Origin: a virus
Length of the DNA: 64,000 nt
Reading direction: 5' to 3' (one strand)
IMG/VR virus record: IMGVR_UViG_3300038336_000025
The position numbers and the translations under genes are program-made. Shown here one piece after another: positions 8,617-17,302 of this stretch; the stretch's first letter is position 1, and the number at the start of each line of letters is the position of its first letter. The notes below the pieces were generated by a model that did no database searches, was not told the DNA's origin, and saw only the letters and a list, made by a program, of their open reading frames with translations.

Positions 8617-8769
8617 ATGATGGAGTTTTTGATATTGTGTGTCTGCTTTCCAGTAATTCCTGTGGTTATCTGGATGGTATTCATGTTGGCAACCCTGAGC
8701 CTTACTGCCATCATGAGTGTCATTTATTGTGTGTTGAGTATCTTTAACCCACCAAAACCAAAAGAGTGA
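8617..8769 (+). CDS. 50-aa two-helix membrane peptide
   Basis: Hand translation MMEFLILCVCFPVIPVVIWMVFMLATLSLTAIMSVIYCVLSIFNPPKPKE; not in the ORF track. Confidence 0.45.
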   Translation: MMEFLILCVCFPVIPVVIWMVFMLATLSLTAIMSVIYCVLSIFNPPKPKE

Positions 8770-8787
8770 TTTACAAAGGAGAAAGTC

Positions 8788-8988
8788 ATGACTATTGATG
8801 ATAAAAAGGTATTAAATATGTTACGAACAGTCCTTGATGATGATCAAGGTATAAGTGAGAAAGCATACAGTGCTCTAATGGACTTCATTGTTGAAGATGT
8901 TTACGATGGAGTTCATACAAAGGAAATGGTTGAACTTATAAATTCTGTAAGAATACAGGATGATCGTTATTTTATACCAAGAAACTGA
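8788..8988 (+). CDS. Hypothetical protein (66 aa)
   Basis: ORF track; AAGGAG SD. Confidence 0.6.
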   Translation: MTIDDKKVLNMLRTVLDDDQGISEKAYSALMDFIVEDVYDGVHTKEMVELINSVRIQDDRYFIPRN

Positions 8989-8998
8989 TTTACAAAAG

Positions 8999-9083
8999 CC
9001 TACCAGTCAAAAGCTGGTAGGTCTTTTCGTATGTAGAAGCAGCTTATTTCTGCTTCAATTTTAATTAGCGAGAGGTGTATTAC
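8999..9083 (+). promoter_or_regulatory. Early cassette J
   Basis: Stem CCTACCAG/CTGGTAGG; TTTTCGTATGTA (9030-9035); hairpin GAAGCAG..CTGCTTC; GAGAGG before ATG 9084. Confidence 0.75.
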
Positions 9084-9392
9084 ATGTCATCTATTGATAC
9101 TGCCGTTCTTCTCATTAAAAAAGCTCTGGAAAATGGTCTTGGTAGAAAGAATCTCACAGCCGCTTCTGTAACTGGTGGTAATATTTTCTTCAGGTTGAAG
9201 CAAACAGGATATGTTGTAGACATAGCTTCTCTTGAAGTATTCAAGACAATCGCAGAAGAAAAAGGTACTAGAGTAATGGTTGATGATTACTCAATGATTA
9301 TTCAAGAATACATTCAGAACGTTCTTAACAACGAAAATTCCGTATTGAAAATAATGGACGATATCATTGTTGAAAGAGGTATTAAACTATGA
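9084..9392 (+). CDS. Hypothetical protein (102 aa)
   Basis: Track ORF trimmed to ATG 9084; cassette J upstream. Confidence 0.65.
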   Translation: MSSIDTAVLLIKKALENGLGRKNLTAASVTGGNIFFRLKQTGYVVDIASLEVFKTIAEEKGTRVMVDDYSMIIQEYIQNVLNNENSVLKIMDDIIVERGIKL

Positions 9393-9679
9393 GTAGGCCA
9401 AAAATATGGTCAAGTGGTTGTGGTAGAATAGAACTTCCTCTTTTCAAGAAAGAGTATTCGACAGTGCCTTTAAGTGGTCGTGCTGATGATGCTGTAGAAG
9501 CTCTTATGAAACAGCCTGATATTATCAAACGATTCGATAAATACGACGATGAAACTATTTTCAAGGTCGTCAGGCCAATCTTCGGTGATTACACAGATAA
9601 AGAGCTGCAAGATAGGACAGAAAACATTCGTAAAATCCTCTGGATTGCTTGCAGTGAATTACAAGAAGGGAGATATTAA
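9389..9679 (+). CDS. Hypothetical protein (96 aa)
   Basis: ORF track; ATGA overlap. Confidence 0.6.
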   Translation: MSRPKIWSSGCGRIELPLFKKEYSTVPLSGRADDAVEALMKQPDIIKRFDKYDDETIFKVVRPIFGDYTDKELQDRTENIRKILWIACSELQEGRY

Positions 9680-9680
9680 C

Positions 9681-9941
9681 ATGCAACAGATTCTTATGTG
9701 TAACCGAGAACAGTTCTTTAAAATGTTTCCACCAGAAACAAGAAACATTACAGTTAATGGTGAAGTTGTATGCAACTTAGGATATGAAGTCATTTGCGAT
9801 CACTGTAATGGTGATGTATTCTCTGAAGAAAACGATAATGCTTTCCTGTTGTCTTACAAAGAAAATCCAATGACGACTGATGATATATCAGATGTTATCT
9901 GTGTAGACTGTGCTTTAAAACTTCAAAAAGAAGGTGAATAA
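9681..9941 (+). CDS. Small Cys-rich (zinc-ribbon-like) protein (86 aa)
   Basis: Track ORF 9549-9941 trimmed to ATG 9681 after GGGAGA; CDHCNG...CVDC. Confidence 0.6.
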   Translation: MQQILMCNREQFFKMFPPETRNITVNGEVVCNLGYEVICDHCNGDVFSEENDNAFLLSYKENPMTTDDISDVICVDCALKLQKEGE

Positions 9942-9961
9942 CTTTGAGTAAATCTGAAAAA

Positions 9962-10108
9962 ATGGTATTCCAAGACATAATGCTTTGGTGTGTAAATAAC
10001 TTAATGCCCGGTGTTGATCATGTTGTTTACAGAGGAACTATTTATTGGACTGATAGTTCCTCTGATCTACAAAAACTATATGAATTATGGCAGAACGATC
10101 AATCTTAA
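9962..10108 (+). CDS. Hypothetical small protein (48 aa; in-frame TTG 9944 is an alternative start)
   Basis: Hand translation; fills the gap before cassette K. Confidence 0.4.
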   Translation: MVFQDIMLWCVNNLMPGVDHVVYRGTIYWTDSSSDLQKLYELWQNDQS

Positions 10109-10117
10109 TTGCAAAAG

Positions 10118-10202
10118 CCTACCAGTCAAAAGCTGGTAGGTCTTTTCGTATGTAGAAGCAAGTTTAATTTGCTTTAAATTTATTTAATGGAGTGTATTAA
10201 AT
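10118..10202 (+). promoter_or_regulatory. Early cassette K
   Basis: Stem CCTACCAG/CTGGTAGG; TTTTCGTATGTA (10149-10154); hairpin AAGCAA..TTGCTT; TTATTTAATGGAG before ATG 10203. Confidence 0.75.
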
Positions 10203-10679
10203 ATGGAAAAGCGTGTAGAGCGAGCATTTGGCAAAGATTACTATCTAATTGGTTCCGACAAAGATGGTGTTTTGTATTGGTTGGAACAGAGCAAGTTCGA
10301 TTGTGATTGGTATTGGTCAATTGGATATATTGAATCATTTACATGCAACGAACATCCGTCGAAATCCAGAGATATTGCTTCCCATCGGCATCTTGATGAT
10401 CTTTTAAATACAACCAATCTCAATTGGTATGATGCAATGAAGGTTGTTTTCACTGAGCGTACATTAGATGACAAACAACTATGGACATTCTCCGAAATTA
10501 TGAAAAGTCTTTACACAATGAGGGCATACAGTGATCTGCTACACACAGGGAGTTCTGGTCTTACAAGTAATCCATGCATCATTATCAAAAATAAGGAAGA
10601 GTATAACAGAATAAATAAGATTCTAATACCAGATTTATTGAATGCTCTTTACAATCTTCTAACCTTTGGAAAGGAATAA
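10203..10679 (+). CDS. Hypothetical protein (158 aa)
   Basis: ORF track; cassette K upstream. Confidence 0.7.
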   Translation: MEKRVERAFGKDYYLIGSDKDGVLYWLEQSKFDCDWYWSIGYIESFTCNEHPSKSRDIASHRHLDDLLNTTNLNWYDAMKVVFTERTLDDKQLWTFSEIMKSLYTMRAYSDLLHTGSSGLTSNPCIIIKNKEEYNRINKILIPDLLNALYNLLTFGKE

Positions 10680-10683
10680 ATTC

Positions 10684-10761
10684 ATGAAAGACAATCGTTA
10701 TTTAATGGTGTATAATCCGATGTACAAAGTCTGGGAACTAATAAAAAGGAGAAATAAATGA
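10684..10761 (+). CDS. Possible 25-aa peptide
   Basis: Hand translation MKDNRYLMVYNPMYKVWELIKRRNK; ATGA overlap with the next gene. Confidence 0.25.
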   Translation: MKDNRYLMVYNPMYKVWELIKRRNK

Positions 10762-11204
10762 ACCAAATCGGAGACATCGTTGTATCAAAGCAAGGAAGAT
10801 TTTTAATTGTTCTTATGAGAACTGATACAATCATTGAGGAAATGGAAGAGATTATCACAACACGGGAACCAATCATCATTACGGCCCCTATCAGATTTGA
10901 CAGGTTTACAAAAGAAGGGTTCCTTGTTGTTCCTCAGTATTCAAGCATCCAAAAACCTTTCGTTGTCGAGTACTATAACCGGGAATATCTTTATGAAAGC
11001 GAGATAGCAAAAGAGATAGGGTTTGTAACGAACAGCAAAGTCATTTCAGACATTGCAAATCTTATGAAAGAAGAACATGTAGACCTTCGAAAGATTCATG
11101 GTGTCACAAGAGCTAAAAACATTTGTAAGAACCTGCTTCTTGAAAATACACGCTTTCAATTGGAACTGCGTGAAAACAATCCAGAACAGATTTATTACCA
11201 TTAA
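10758..11204 (+). CDS. Hypothetical protein (148 aa)
   Basis: ORF track; AAGGAG SD. Confidence 0.65.
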   Translation: MNQIGDIVVSKQGRFLIVLMRTDTIIEEMEEIITTREPIIITAPIRFDRFTKEGFLVVPQYSSIQKPFVVEYYNREYLYESEIAKEIGFVTNSKVISDIANLMKEEHVDLRKIHGVTRAKNICKNLLLENTRFQLELRENNPEQIYYH

Positions 11205-11232
11205 CATCTCTAACTAAAAGGAGAAAACTTGT

Positions 11233-11814
11233 ATGTATAAAAAAATAAAGTCAATTGAGATTTCCGCGACGGTTATTAAATTTGAAACAGATGAATTTAA
11301 AGGTACTGTAAGATCACCGGCACCCTTTAACTTCGATTCGAAATTAAGCAATCAACGACTTGAATACGACTGCAACGACAACTATAAGGTTGTTATATTC
11401 AAGAATAACCTTGTTATCTATGACTATCAAGATGTTGTATTGAAGTTCTATATACCAAATCCTGTCAGATATTACATAGTTAAAGATGTGAAAACCAAAG
11501 GATTGTTTTCTCTTGAATACAGAAAACACCTTCGCGGAGACTATGACTGCGATAAACACGTACTTGTGAATATGAACGGGGTTGATACAGAAAACAACCC
11601 GGCGTTTGATAGGATAGCTAAGAAGGTTGGAAAATATTCAAAGGGTATTTACAAACAACCTATATTGATTATCTTTTATGATGCACAGGACGACTTAATA
11701 CGGTACTCAATTGTTTCGGAAAATGTTGTAGTTGAGAGTGGTTGTGAAACTTATGATGAACGGATTGATCCAACAGAATTACCAAATATATTCGACACTG
11801 ATGATGTAGGATAA
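11233..11814 (+). CDS. Hypothetical protein (193 aa)
   Basis: ORF track; AAGGAG SD. Confidence 0.65.
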   Translation: MYKKIKSIEISATVIKFETDEFKGTVRSPAPFNFDSKLSNQRLEYDCNDNYKVVIFKNNLVIYDYQDVVLKFYIPNPVRYYIVKDVKTKGLFSLEYRKHLRGDYDCDKHVLVNMNGVDTENNPAFDRIAKKVGKYSKGIYKQPILIIFYDAQDDLIRYSIVSENVVVESGCETYDERIDPTELPNIFDTDDVG

Positions 11815-11820
11815 CTGCTT

Positions 11821-12063
11821 ATGATGGGATTCATAAGCACAATTCTACAACGTTGTGTTGATCTTTTTGAATTATGTATTGTCTTGTTGCAACTAGCTTG
11901 GAATCTTTATATGTTCTATTTAACATGTAAGATAGCGATATTTGTAATAAACAATGCTGTTGGGTTATTCATTCTTGTAATCATATGCCCGTCAATACTG
12001 ACATCAAGTGCAATGTTCATACGAAATGCGTTTGTGGAAATTAACGCAGGAAAGCGAGGATAA
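11821..12063 (+). CDS. Membrane protein (80 aa, 2-3 hydrophobic helices)
   Basis: ORF track; hydrophobic throughout. Confidence 0.55.
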   Translation: MMGFISTILQRCVDLFELCIVLLQLAWNLYMFYLTCKIAIFVINNAVGLFILVIICPSILTSSAMFIRNAFVEINAGKRG

Positions 12064-12108
12064 AAATACCCCCTAGTATCAACGCGGTACTAGGGGGTAT
12101 TTTTTTTT
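12062..12108. terminator. Bidirectional intrinsic terminator at the convergence of the + and - modules
   Basis: 13-bp stem ATACCCCCTAGTA/TACTAGGGGGTAT flanked by A5 and T8. Confidence 0.85.
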
Positions 12109-12109
12109 G

Positions 12110-12751
12110 TCAACTTAAATCTATTTTGCTCAGTTGTAAATCAATATCATCCATTGTGTTCTCTTCGGTCTTCTTGCTTGTTTCCAAATCAACAACTGAT
12201 TCAGGTAAATTATCTTCTGGTTGCATATCTGTATTTAATTCATCATCAATTGCTTTAAATTCTTTCTCTTTCTCTTTCAACTCATCAACTACAACAACAG
12301 CATCGCTTGTATTCGTTTTGAGAATGCTTGAAAGCTTTGTCATGATATCATTTTTCAATTGCTTAATGTCGGTAGTTTTTGCGTTGTCTTTATTCAATTC
12401 TGCGCCCATTTCAAGGGCACCTGACTGGATGTAGTTGTTCAATACGATCTCTAGCTTGTCAGTCTCTATCAAAACCTTTAAATTGAGGTTGTTGAGGTAC
12501 TTAAACAATGCGATTGCTTTGGCCGGATCAAGATCATTTATAAAAGCAGGATTAAAAATCTTTTTTTCCATATCACCCAACCATTTTTGGGTATTTTGGA
12601 TCATCGCAATTCTTGCCGTTGTAGCAGAACTTAAAGCTTGGAAAATCGCTTTCTTGCGTACATCGACAAGCTGTTTATCAATCTGGTTCATTTTATCGGC
12701 ATTTTGATCGAGTGTTTTTAAATCGGTCTTTGTAAATTTTACTAAAGACAT
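12110..12751 (-). CDS. Hypothetical coiled-coil protein with acidic C-terminus (213 aa)
   Basis: ORF track. Confidence 0.65.
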   Translation of the reverse strand: MSLVKFTKTDLKTLDQNADKMNQIDKQLVDVRKKAIFQALSSATTARIAMIQNTQKWLGDMEKKIFNPAFINDLDPAKAIALFKYLNNLNLKVLIETDKLEIVLNNYIQSGALEMGAELNKDNAKTTDIKQLKNDIMTKLSSILKTNTSDAVVVVDELKEKEKEFKAIDDELNTDMQPEDNLPESVVDLETSKKTEENTMDDIDLQLSKIDLS

Positions 12752-13049
12752 ATTCCGTTTCCATCCTTTGATCTGCCGTAAGAGGCAAGTATTTTAAACA
12801 CTGTCTCACATACCGCATTAAGTTTTGAGCATTAAAAAGAGTTTGTGTATACAATTCATTATGTCTGAAATACCGCAACAACGCAAGTTTTTGTTTATGA
12901 TTAAGAAGATTGTTATTTTTTATTTTACAAACAATTTCCTTGTGTGTTTCACACTTAGAAATTGAATTTAAAAATCCGGTCATGATAAAGTTACTAATGT
13001 TAACATTATCATCAACACCAACAATCTCTTGTAAGTTTAAATCTTGCAC
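12693..13049 (-). CDS. Hypothetical protein (118 aa); 59-nt overlap with the downstream gene
   Basis: ORF track. Confidence 0.55.
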   Translation of the reverse strand: MQDLNLQEIVGVDDNVNISNFIMTGFLNSISKCETHKEIVCKIKNNNLLNHKQKLALLRYFRHNELYTQTLFNAQNLMRYVRQCLKYLPLTADQRMETEYVFSKIYKDRFKNTRSKCR

Positions 13050-13930
13050 TTATCAAAGTCTTTAATCATATCGCTGATATCATGTTCACAGAGGTATTTA
13101 AACAGCTCAGTTCTATCGAACCTTCTTTGTCCTTGTACCTTCTGTTTAACCAAACCACGTAGAACCATATCAGTCTTAACAACATTTAAATCCATTAGTT
13201 CGCGGTTACGTTTAATAAGATCAGCACTTTCAATAACCCTTGTTTCAATGACAGACGGCTTCTTTTTACCAGCATTTTTGATCTTCAATTCTTCAACAAT
13301 CTGCTCATAGTTACCATATTCAAGAATGTAATCAGTTGCTTTCTTTTCACCAACACCGGCAATATTTGGGATATTGTCTGATGTATCGCCGGTCATGCAC
13401 TTGTAATCAAGGTAATATTTCTGCTTGAACCCAAAGATATTTTCAAAGTTTTCCTTGGTAATAGTCACCTTCTTATTAGGGTTATAAACAGAGATACGAT
13501 CATCAATTAACTGTGGAAAGTCACCATCGGTTGAGATAATTGTAACAAGATGGTTGTTACGAAGCATGAATGACAATAAAGCAATGTAATCATCTGCTTC
13601 GTAACCATCACCATCTAATACATTAAGGCCAGACTTTCTACAGATTTCTATAAAGACGGGAAAAACTTTCTGGAACATTGCGTATTGTTCTGGTGTAAGT
13701 GATGTCTTTCTGTGCCCTTTGTATTCAGGAAACAGATTTAATCTTCTTTCGCTTTTACAAGTATCGAACACCATGATTACTCTCTGGTTTTTAAGAGAGT
13801 TTTGCCGCATAAGCAGCCATGTATTCACAACACCTTTTAAAGACTTTGAGAAGTTTTTAACATCACAGTTTTGCCAGAATGTTCTATGGAAAAAGTTATT
13901 TCCATCAATTATAGAAACGCGTATACTCAT
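13037..13930 (-). CDS. Flap endonuclease / 5'-3' exonuclease (T4 RNase H / T5 D15 type)
   Basis: PIN-like N-terminus (DGNNFFHR, YKGHRK, GYEADD, STDGDFPQL) and H3TH GDTSDNIPNIAGVGEKKA. Confidence 0.9.
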   Translation of the reverse strand: MSIRVSIIDGNNFFHRTFWQNCDVKNFSKSLKGVVNTWLLMRQNSLKNQRVIMVFDTCKSERRLNLFPEYKGHRKTSLTPEQYAMFQKVFPVFIEICRKSGLNVLDGDGYEADDYIALLSFMLRNNHLVTIISTDGDFPQLIDDRISVYNPNKKVTITKENFENIFGFKQKYYLDYKCMTGDTSDNIPNIAGVGEKKATDYILEYGNYEQIVEELKIKNAGKKKPSVIETRVIESADLIKRNRELMDLNVVKTDMVLRGLVKQKVQGQRRFDRTELFKYLCEHDISDMIKDFDKCKI

Positions 13931-13947
13931 TAGTTTACCTTTCGTGT

Positions 13948-14244
13948 TTACTTCTTGAGAGCAGCCAACCTTTTTGCTTTCTTTTCATTGAAAGTAATCT
14001 GGCGTTTAGCGGCCATTTCTTTCAGCTTTTCAGGGGTGATGTTCTTTTTTACAATTGGCATAGCAGCAACATCGGCCTGTATAAGCTTTCTCATTGCATG
14101 TGCTGATTTGATGATTGCCATCAATGCCTTACGAGCAACAAGACCGGCTTTCTTCACTTTGTTGTTTTGGAGCTTATAAAGCTCACCTTTTACAACAGCA
14201 CTGTTATTGTCGATGGTTGATATATAAGATTCAAGATTATTCAT
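13948..14244 (-). CDS. Small basic protein with histone-H1-like helix motif (98 aa)
   Basis: KKAGLVARKALMAIIKSAHAMRKL; Lys/Ala-rich; own promoter upstream. Confidence 0.55.
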   Translation of the reverse strand: MNNLESYISTIDNNSAVVKGELYKLQNNKVKKAGLVARKALMAIIKSAHAMRKLIQADVAAMPIVKKNITPEKLKEMAAKRQITFNEKKAKRLAALKK

Positions 14245-14275
14245 AGATACTCCTTATCGAAAAAATTCATAAAAT

Positions 14276-14304
14276 CAATATATCAACGTATTTAACTTAT
14301 GTCA
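14276..14304 (-). promoter_or_regulatory. Sigma70-type promoter, TTGACA-N17-TATATT with TG extension
   Basis: Minus strand reads TTGACATAAGTTAAATACGTTGATATATTG. Confidence 0.6.
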
Positions 14305-14307
14305 AGA

Positions 14308-14706
14308 TTATTTCGCTGCTGTTTCCTTTTCTGCGGTTTCGATTTTTGTAATGATATCTTCGATAGCTGATTTCATTGATGCATACACTTCAGCATTGCT
14401 GTCGTTGATTACAACAATGTTGTCAATGTTGGAAGAACTGTAATAGCTTTCTGATGAAATCATCGAGCTTGTGATTACAAATTCTCGTTCTTTGCGAGTT
14501 GTTTGTATGTGACTGTCCTTTAAAGTCAGTTTGCGTTTGAGTGCTTCATACACATTGATCTTGACAAAGCCATTTTCAAAAATTGCGGCAGGGTTCATGT
14601 ATGGCATTACCAAATCAAACATTTCACCGCGCTTGTCTGTTACCGACAAAACGATTAGCTTTTCTTTGCCATTTACCGCATCCATAATCGGGTATTTCTT
14701 AGTCAT
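14308..14706 (-). CDS. Hypothetical protein (132 aa)
   Basis: ORF track. Confidence 0.65.
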   Translation of the reverse strand: MTKKYPIMDAVNGKEKLIVLSVTDKRGEMFDLVMPYMNPAAIFENGFVKINVYEALKRKLTLKDSHIQTTRKEREFVITSSMISSESYYSSSNIDNIVVINDSNAEVYASMKSAIEDIITKIETAEKETAAK

Positions 14707-15955
14707 CTGTAGTCTCCTTATCGAATCTAAATCTTTCGAAAGCTGTGTGTCTTAGACTTCCAGTTTTCGTCTCTTCCATGTAACTTATTTCAGCAATTTT
14801 GTCAAGCAATTCTTCTTTATATGACCAATATTCTTCTCTTTCATCTTTTGTATAACCTGTACCGCAACGCAGTTCTGTATTTTTATATTTAAAGATTAAA
14901 CCACCTAGACAATGCTCGATTTCTGTTCCGGGTTCTCCGGGGTAATACCCAATTATTCTCAGGTCAATTGTGTTCTTATCTTTGAACTTTAACCAATCAT
15001 TGCTTCTTTTTGTCTGGTATAGTGAATAAGGATTTTTAATGATAATCCCTTCAGCACCAGCAGCAATGTATTTACGAGCAATAGATGCTATAAGGTTGTA
15101 ATCCATCTTAACCTTAAAGTATTTAAGGAACTTAATCTTCGGTGAATCTATCTTCTTTTCAAGAGCTTCCATAAAGGCAACACGTTCATACAAAGGTAAG
15201 TGACCAAGACTCTTGATATCGAAGATGCTTAATTTCGTTGTATTACGAATGTAAATAGACGACATATCGACGTTCTTTCTATTTACAATCCTCATCAGCT
15301 TTTGAAAGTGGGTACTGGATATTTCGCAGTCTAATTCAAGACCAGCAAAATGATCTATATGCCGGGCTATTTCAGATTTGATATTCTCTACCAAGAACGG
15401 TTGTAATTCCTTACCATCTCTTGATTTGAAATCAATTATATCTGAGGATTGAACTGTCTCAACAGCACGTATACCATCCACCTTCACATTGTAGTAACAC
15501 CATTCAAGTTCAGAGAATGCGCGATTAAACCGCTTCTCATCTTGCTTAAAGGCCAGCATACAACCAAAGTCTGGTATAATTTCTTTGTTGAATGCTTTGT
15601 TTATCAACTTTTTGTTGATACCAATATTCAAGTCTTTATCAATTGCTTTAAGAAAGTAATCAATCACTTCTTTTTTACGAAGTGCTAGATTACTTCTCAA
15701 TAGTTGTATCTTGTCGTTTCTTCCGGGTGTTACCTTGATCTTTTCAAATAAATCAAATGGTATATCTTCATTAAGACCATATATCCAAGGAACCCTAATA
15801 CCGGCAGATGTCAGGCCAAATATTTCCCGATTGGAATAAGCGTACACAAGAAAGCGTTCCAGTTCATCTTGGTTGCTATATTCTCGTAATAGCTTCACCT
15901 TAACGCTGGTTCTAGGTTCGTTCTTTATTTCATTTAACAATCTGACGAGTGCCAT
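14699..15955 (-). CDS. ATP-dependent DNA ligase
   Basis: Motif I KVDGIRA, motif IV AEGIIIK, motif V DWLKFK. Confidence 0.85.
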   Translation of the reverse strand: MALVRLLNEIKNEPRTSVKVKLLREYSNQDELERFLVYAYSNREIFGLTSAGIRVPWIYGLNEDIPFDLFEKIKVTPGRNDKIQLLRSNLALRKKEVIDYFLKAIDKDLNIGINKKLINKAFNKEIIPDFGCMLAFKQDEKRFNRAFSELEWCYYNVKVDGIRAVETVQSSDIIDFKSRDGKELQPFLVENIKSEIARHIDHFAGLELDCEISSTHFQKLMRIVNRKNVDMSSIYIRNTTKLSIFDIKSLGHLPLYERVAFMEALEKKIDSPKIKFLKYFKVKMDYNLIASIARKYIAAGAEGIIIKNPYSLYQTKRSNDWLKFKDKNTIDLRIIGYYPGEPGTEIEHCLGGLIFKYKNTELRCGTGYTKDEREEYWSYKEELLDKIAEISYMEETKTGSLRHTAFERFRFDKETTDD

Positions 15956-16469
15956 TTTTAATATCCAACCTTCTATATAATCTATCTAATATTTGGAAGT
16001 CTGTTGCTCTTAAAAGAATGCGACCATTTAACACTCGTTTGTGGTGCTTCTTAACGAATTCTAGGAACTTTGCTTGTTCTATGCCATTCTTCTTTTTTAA
16101 AACGCTTCTTGCCCCGTTAACAGCGTCGAGAGTAGTCAGCACTTCATCTTTGTAATACATCCGCATCATCTCATTGAGATGTTCGAATAAGAATTCCCTT
16201 ATTCTCAAAAACTCACCAAAGCTATTTACTCCAAATTTTCCTTTTAATTGCCAGAACAGGTCAATCCCAAACTGGAATATGTAAGATGTAAATGCGGTAA
16301 TTGTGGTTGCATCTTTAAAGACTGTTTCATAAAGAATTGCAATCTTTTTGTAGAACATGGTTGGGATCATGATTACCCTTGGAATCCACTTAGCGTAACC
16401 AAGCGATAACAAAAGCTGGTCTTTTTGCTTTTGTTCAGCCTTTAACTTCGTAGACTTTGCTGATGCCAT
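15930..16469 (-). CDS. Hypothetical protein (179 aa)
   Basis: ORF track. Confidence 0.6.
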   Translation of the reverse strand: MASAKSTKLKAEQKQKDQLLLSLGYAKWIPRVIMIPTMFYKKIAILYETVFKDATTITAFTSYIFQFGIDLFWQLKGKFGVNSFGEFLRIREFLFEHLNEMMRMYYKDEVLTTLDAVNGARSVLKKKNGIEQAKFLEFVKKHHKRVLNGRILLRATDFQILDRLYRRLDIKNGTRQIVK

Positions 16470-17061
16470 TTTCCTGTTCTACCTTTATCGCTTTATCTGC
16501 TTTATGTATCAAGTCTTCTAAGTGAGTCACTATAATCATTTGCATTCCCATCTGCTTTGATGTAACAGATATCCAATCAATAGCAAATGGTAATCTCACA
16601 CCATCCAAGTTCTTGAACGGTTCATCAAGGATTAGAACCTGTCTTAATGTGCCTTTAAATATTCTCAAGTAAGAAATCCTGAGACATAAGCTGATGATAT
16701 CAAGGACACCACCACCCTTACAATCTTTGAGTGGCGTTATTTTACCATCTGTATTAATGTAAAGATCATAGAACAAACCTTTTTTATTCCGGTTTGGTAT
16801 AACCTTAAACTCCATCTTTTTATCAGGGAAAACAGCCTTTAATGCCAAATTTGACAAATTTTCGAGTTTAGACTTCACTTCGTTCCTTGTAAACTCAGAA
16901 AAGCTATAAAGGAAATCAAGAGCTTTGGAAAACTTATCAAGGCTTTCTTCATTTAATATAACCTGTTCTTTGCTTGTCTTGATCGTTCTTTCAAGGTGTT
17001 CTTTATAGGACTGAACCTTAATTAAACGTGAATGTAAGTCACTCATTGATAGTCTTCTCAA
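16435..17061 (-). CDS. Rad50/SbcC-like ATPase, C-terminal half
   Basis: Signature-like KGGGVLD, Walker B VLILDEPF, H-loop IVTH; no Walker A in this ORF. Confidence 0.7.
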   Translation of the reverse strand: MRRLSMSDLHSRLIKVQSYKEHLERTIKTSKEQVILNEESLDKFSKALDFLYSFSEFTRNEVKSKLENLSNLALKAVFPDKKMEFKVIPNRNKKGLFYDLYINTDGKITPLKDCKGGGVLDIISLCLRISYLRIFKGTLRQVLILDEPFKNLDGVRLPFAIDWISVTSKQMGMQMIIVTHLEDLIHKADKAIKVEQENGISKVYEVKG

Positions 17062-17302
17062 CTGCTGTCAAAGTTGTTTCAAATGAGGTAAGAGCCGTTT
17101 CAAGCTTGGTTTTCATTGTTGAAATATCGGTTTTCATTGTTTCGATAGTTGCTTTAACCTCGCTTGGTTCAATACCAAACTCGGTTTTAACACGATCAAC
17201 CAATGATTTTCTCTGGGTTTCAGCGACAGTGATGGTCTTTTCTACGCTGTTGAGTCGCTTTTTAAGGTCTTCAAACTTAGCTTTTAATTCATTAAGTTCC
17301 AT
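17039..17302 (-). CDS. Coiled-coil protein (87 aa)
   Basis: ORF track; heptad-like K/E/T-rich sequence; between the Mre11 gene and the Rad50 C-half. Confidence 0.55.
   Translation of the reverse strand: MELNELKAKFEDLKKRLNSVEKTITVAETQRKSLVDRVKTEFGIEPSEVKATIETMKTDISTMKTKLETALTSFETTLTAVEKTINE

Noticed and set aside
9549-9680. N-terminal 44 codons of track ORF 9549-9941
   Set aside because: These codons overlap gene 9389-9679 out of frame. ATG 9681 directly follows that gene's stop and a GGGAGA SD.
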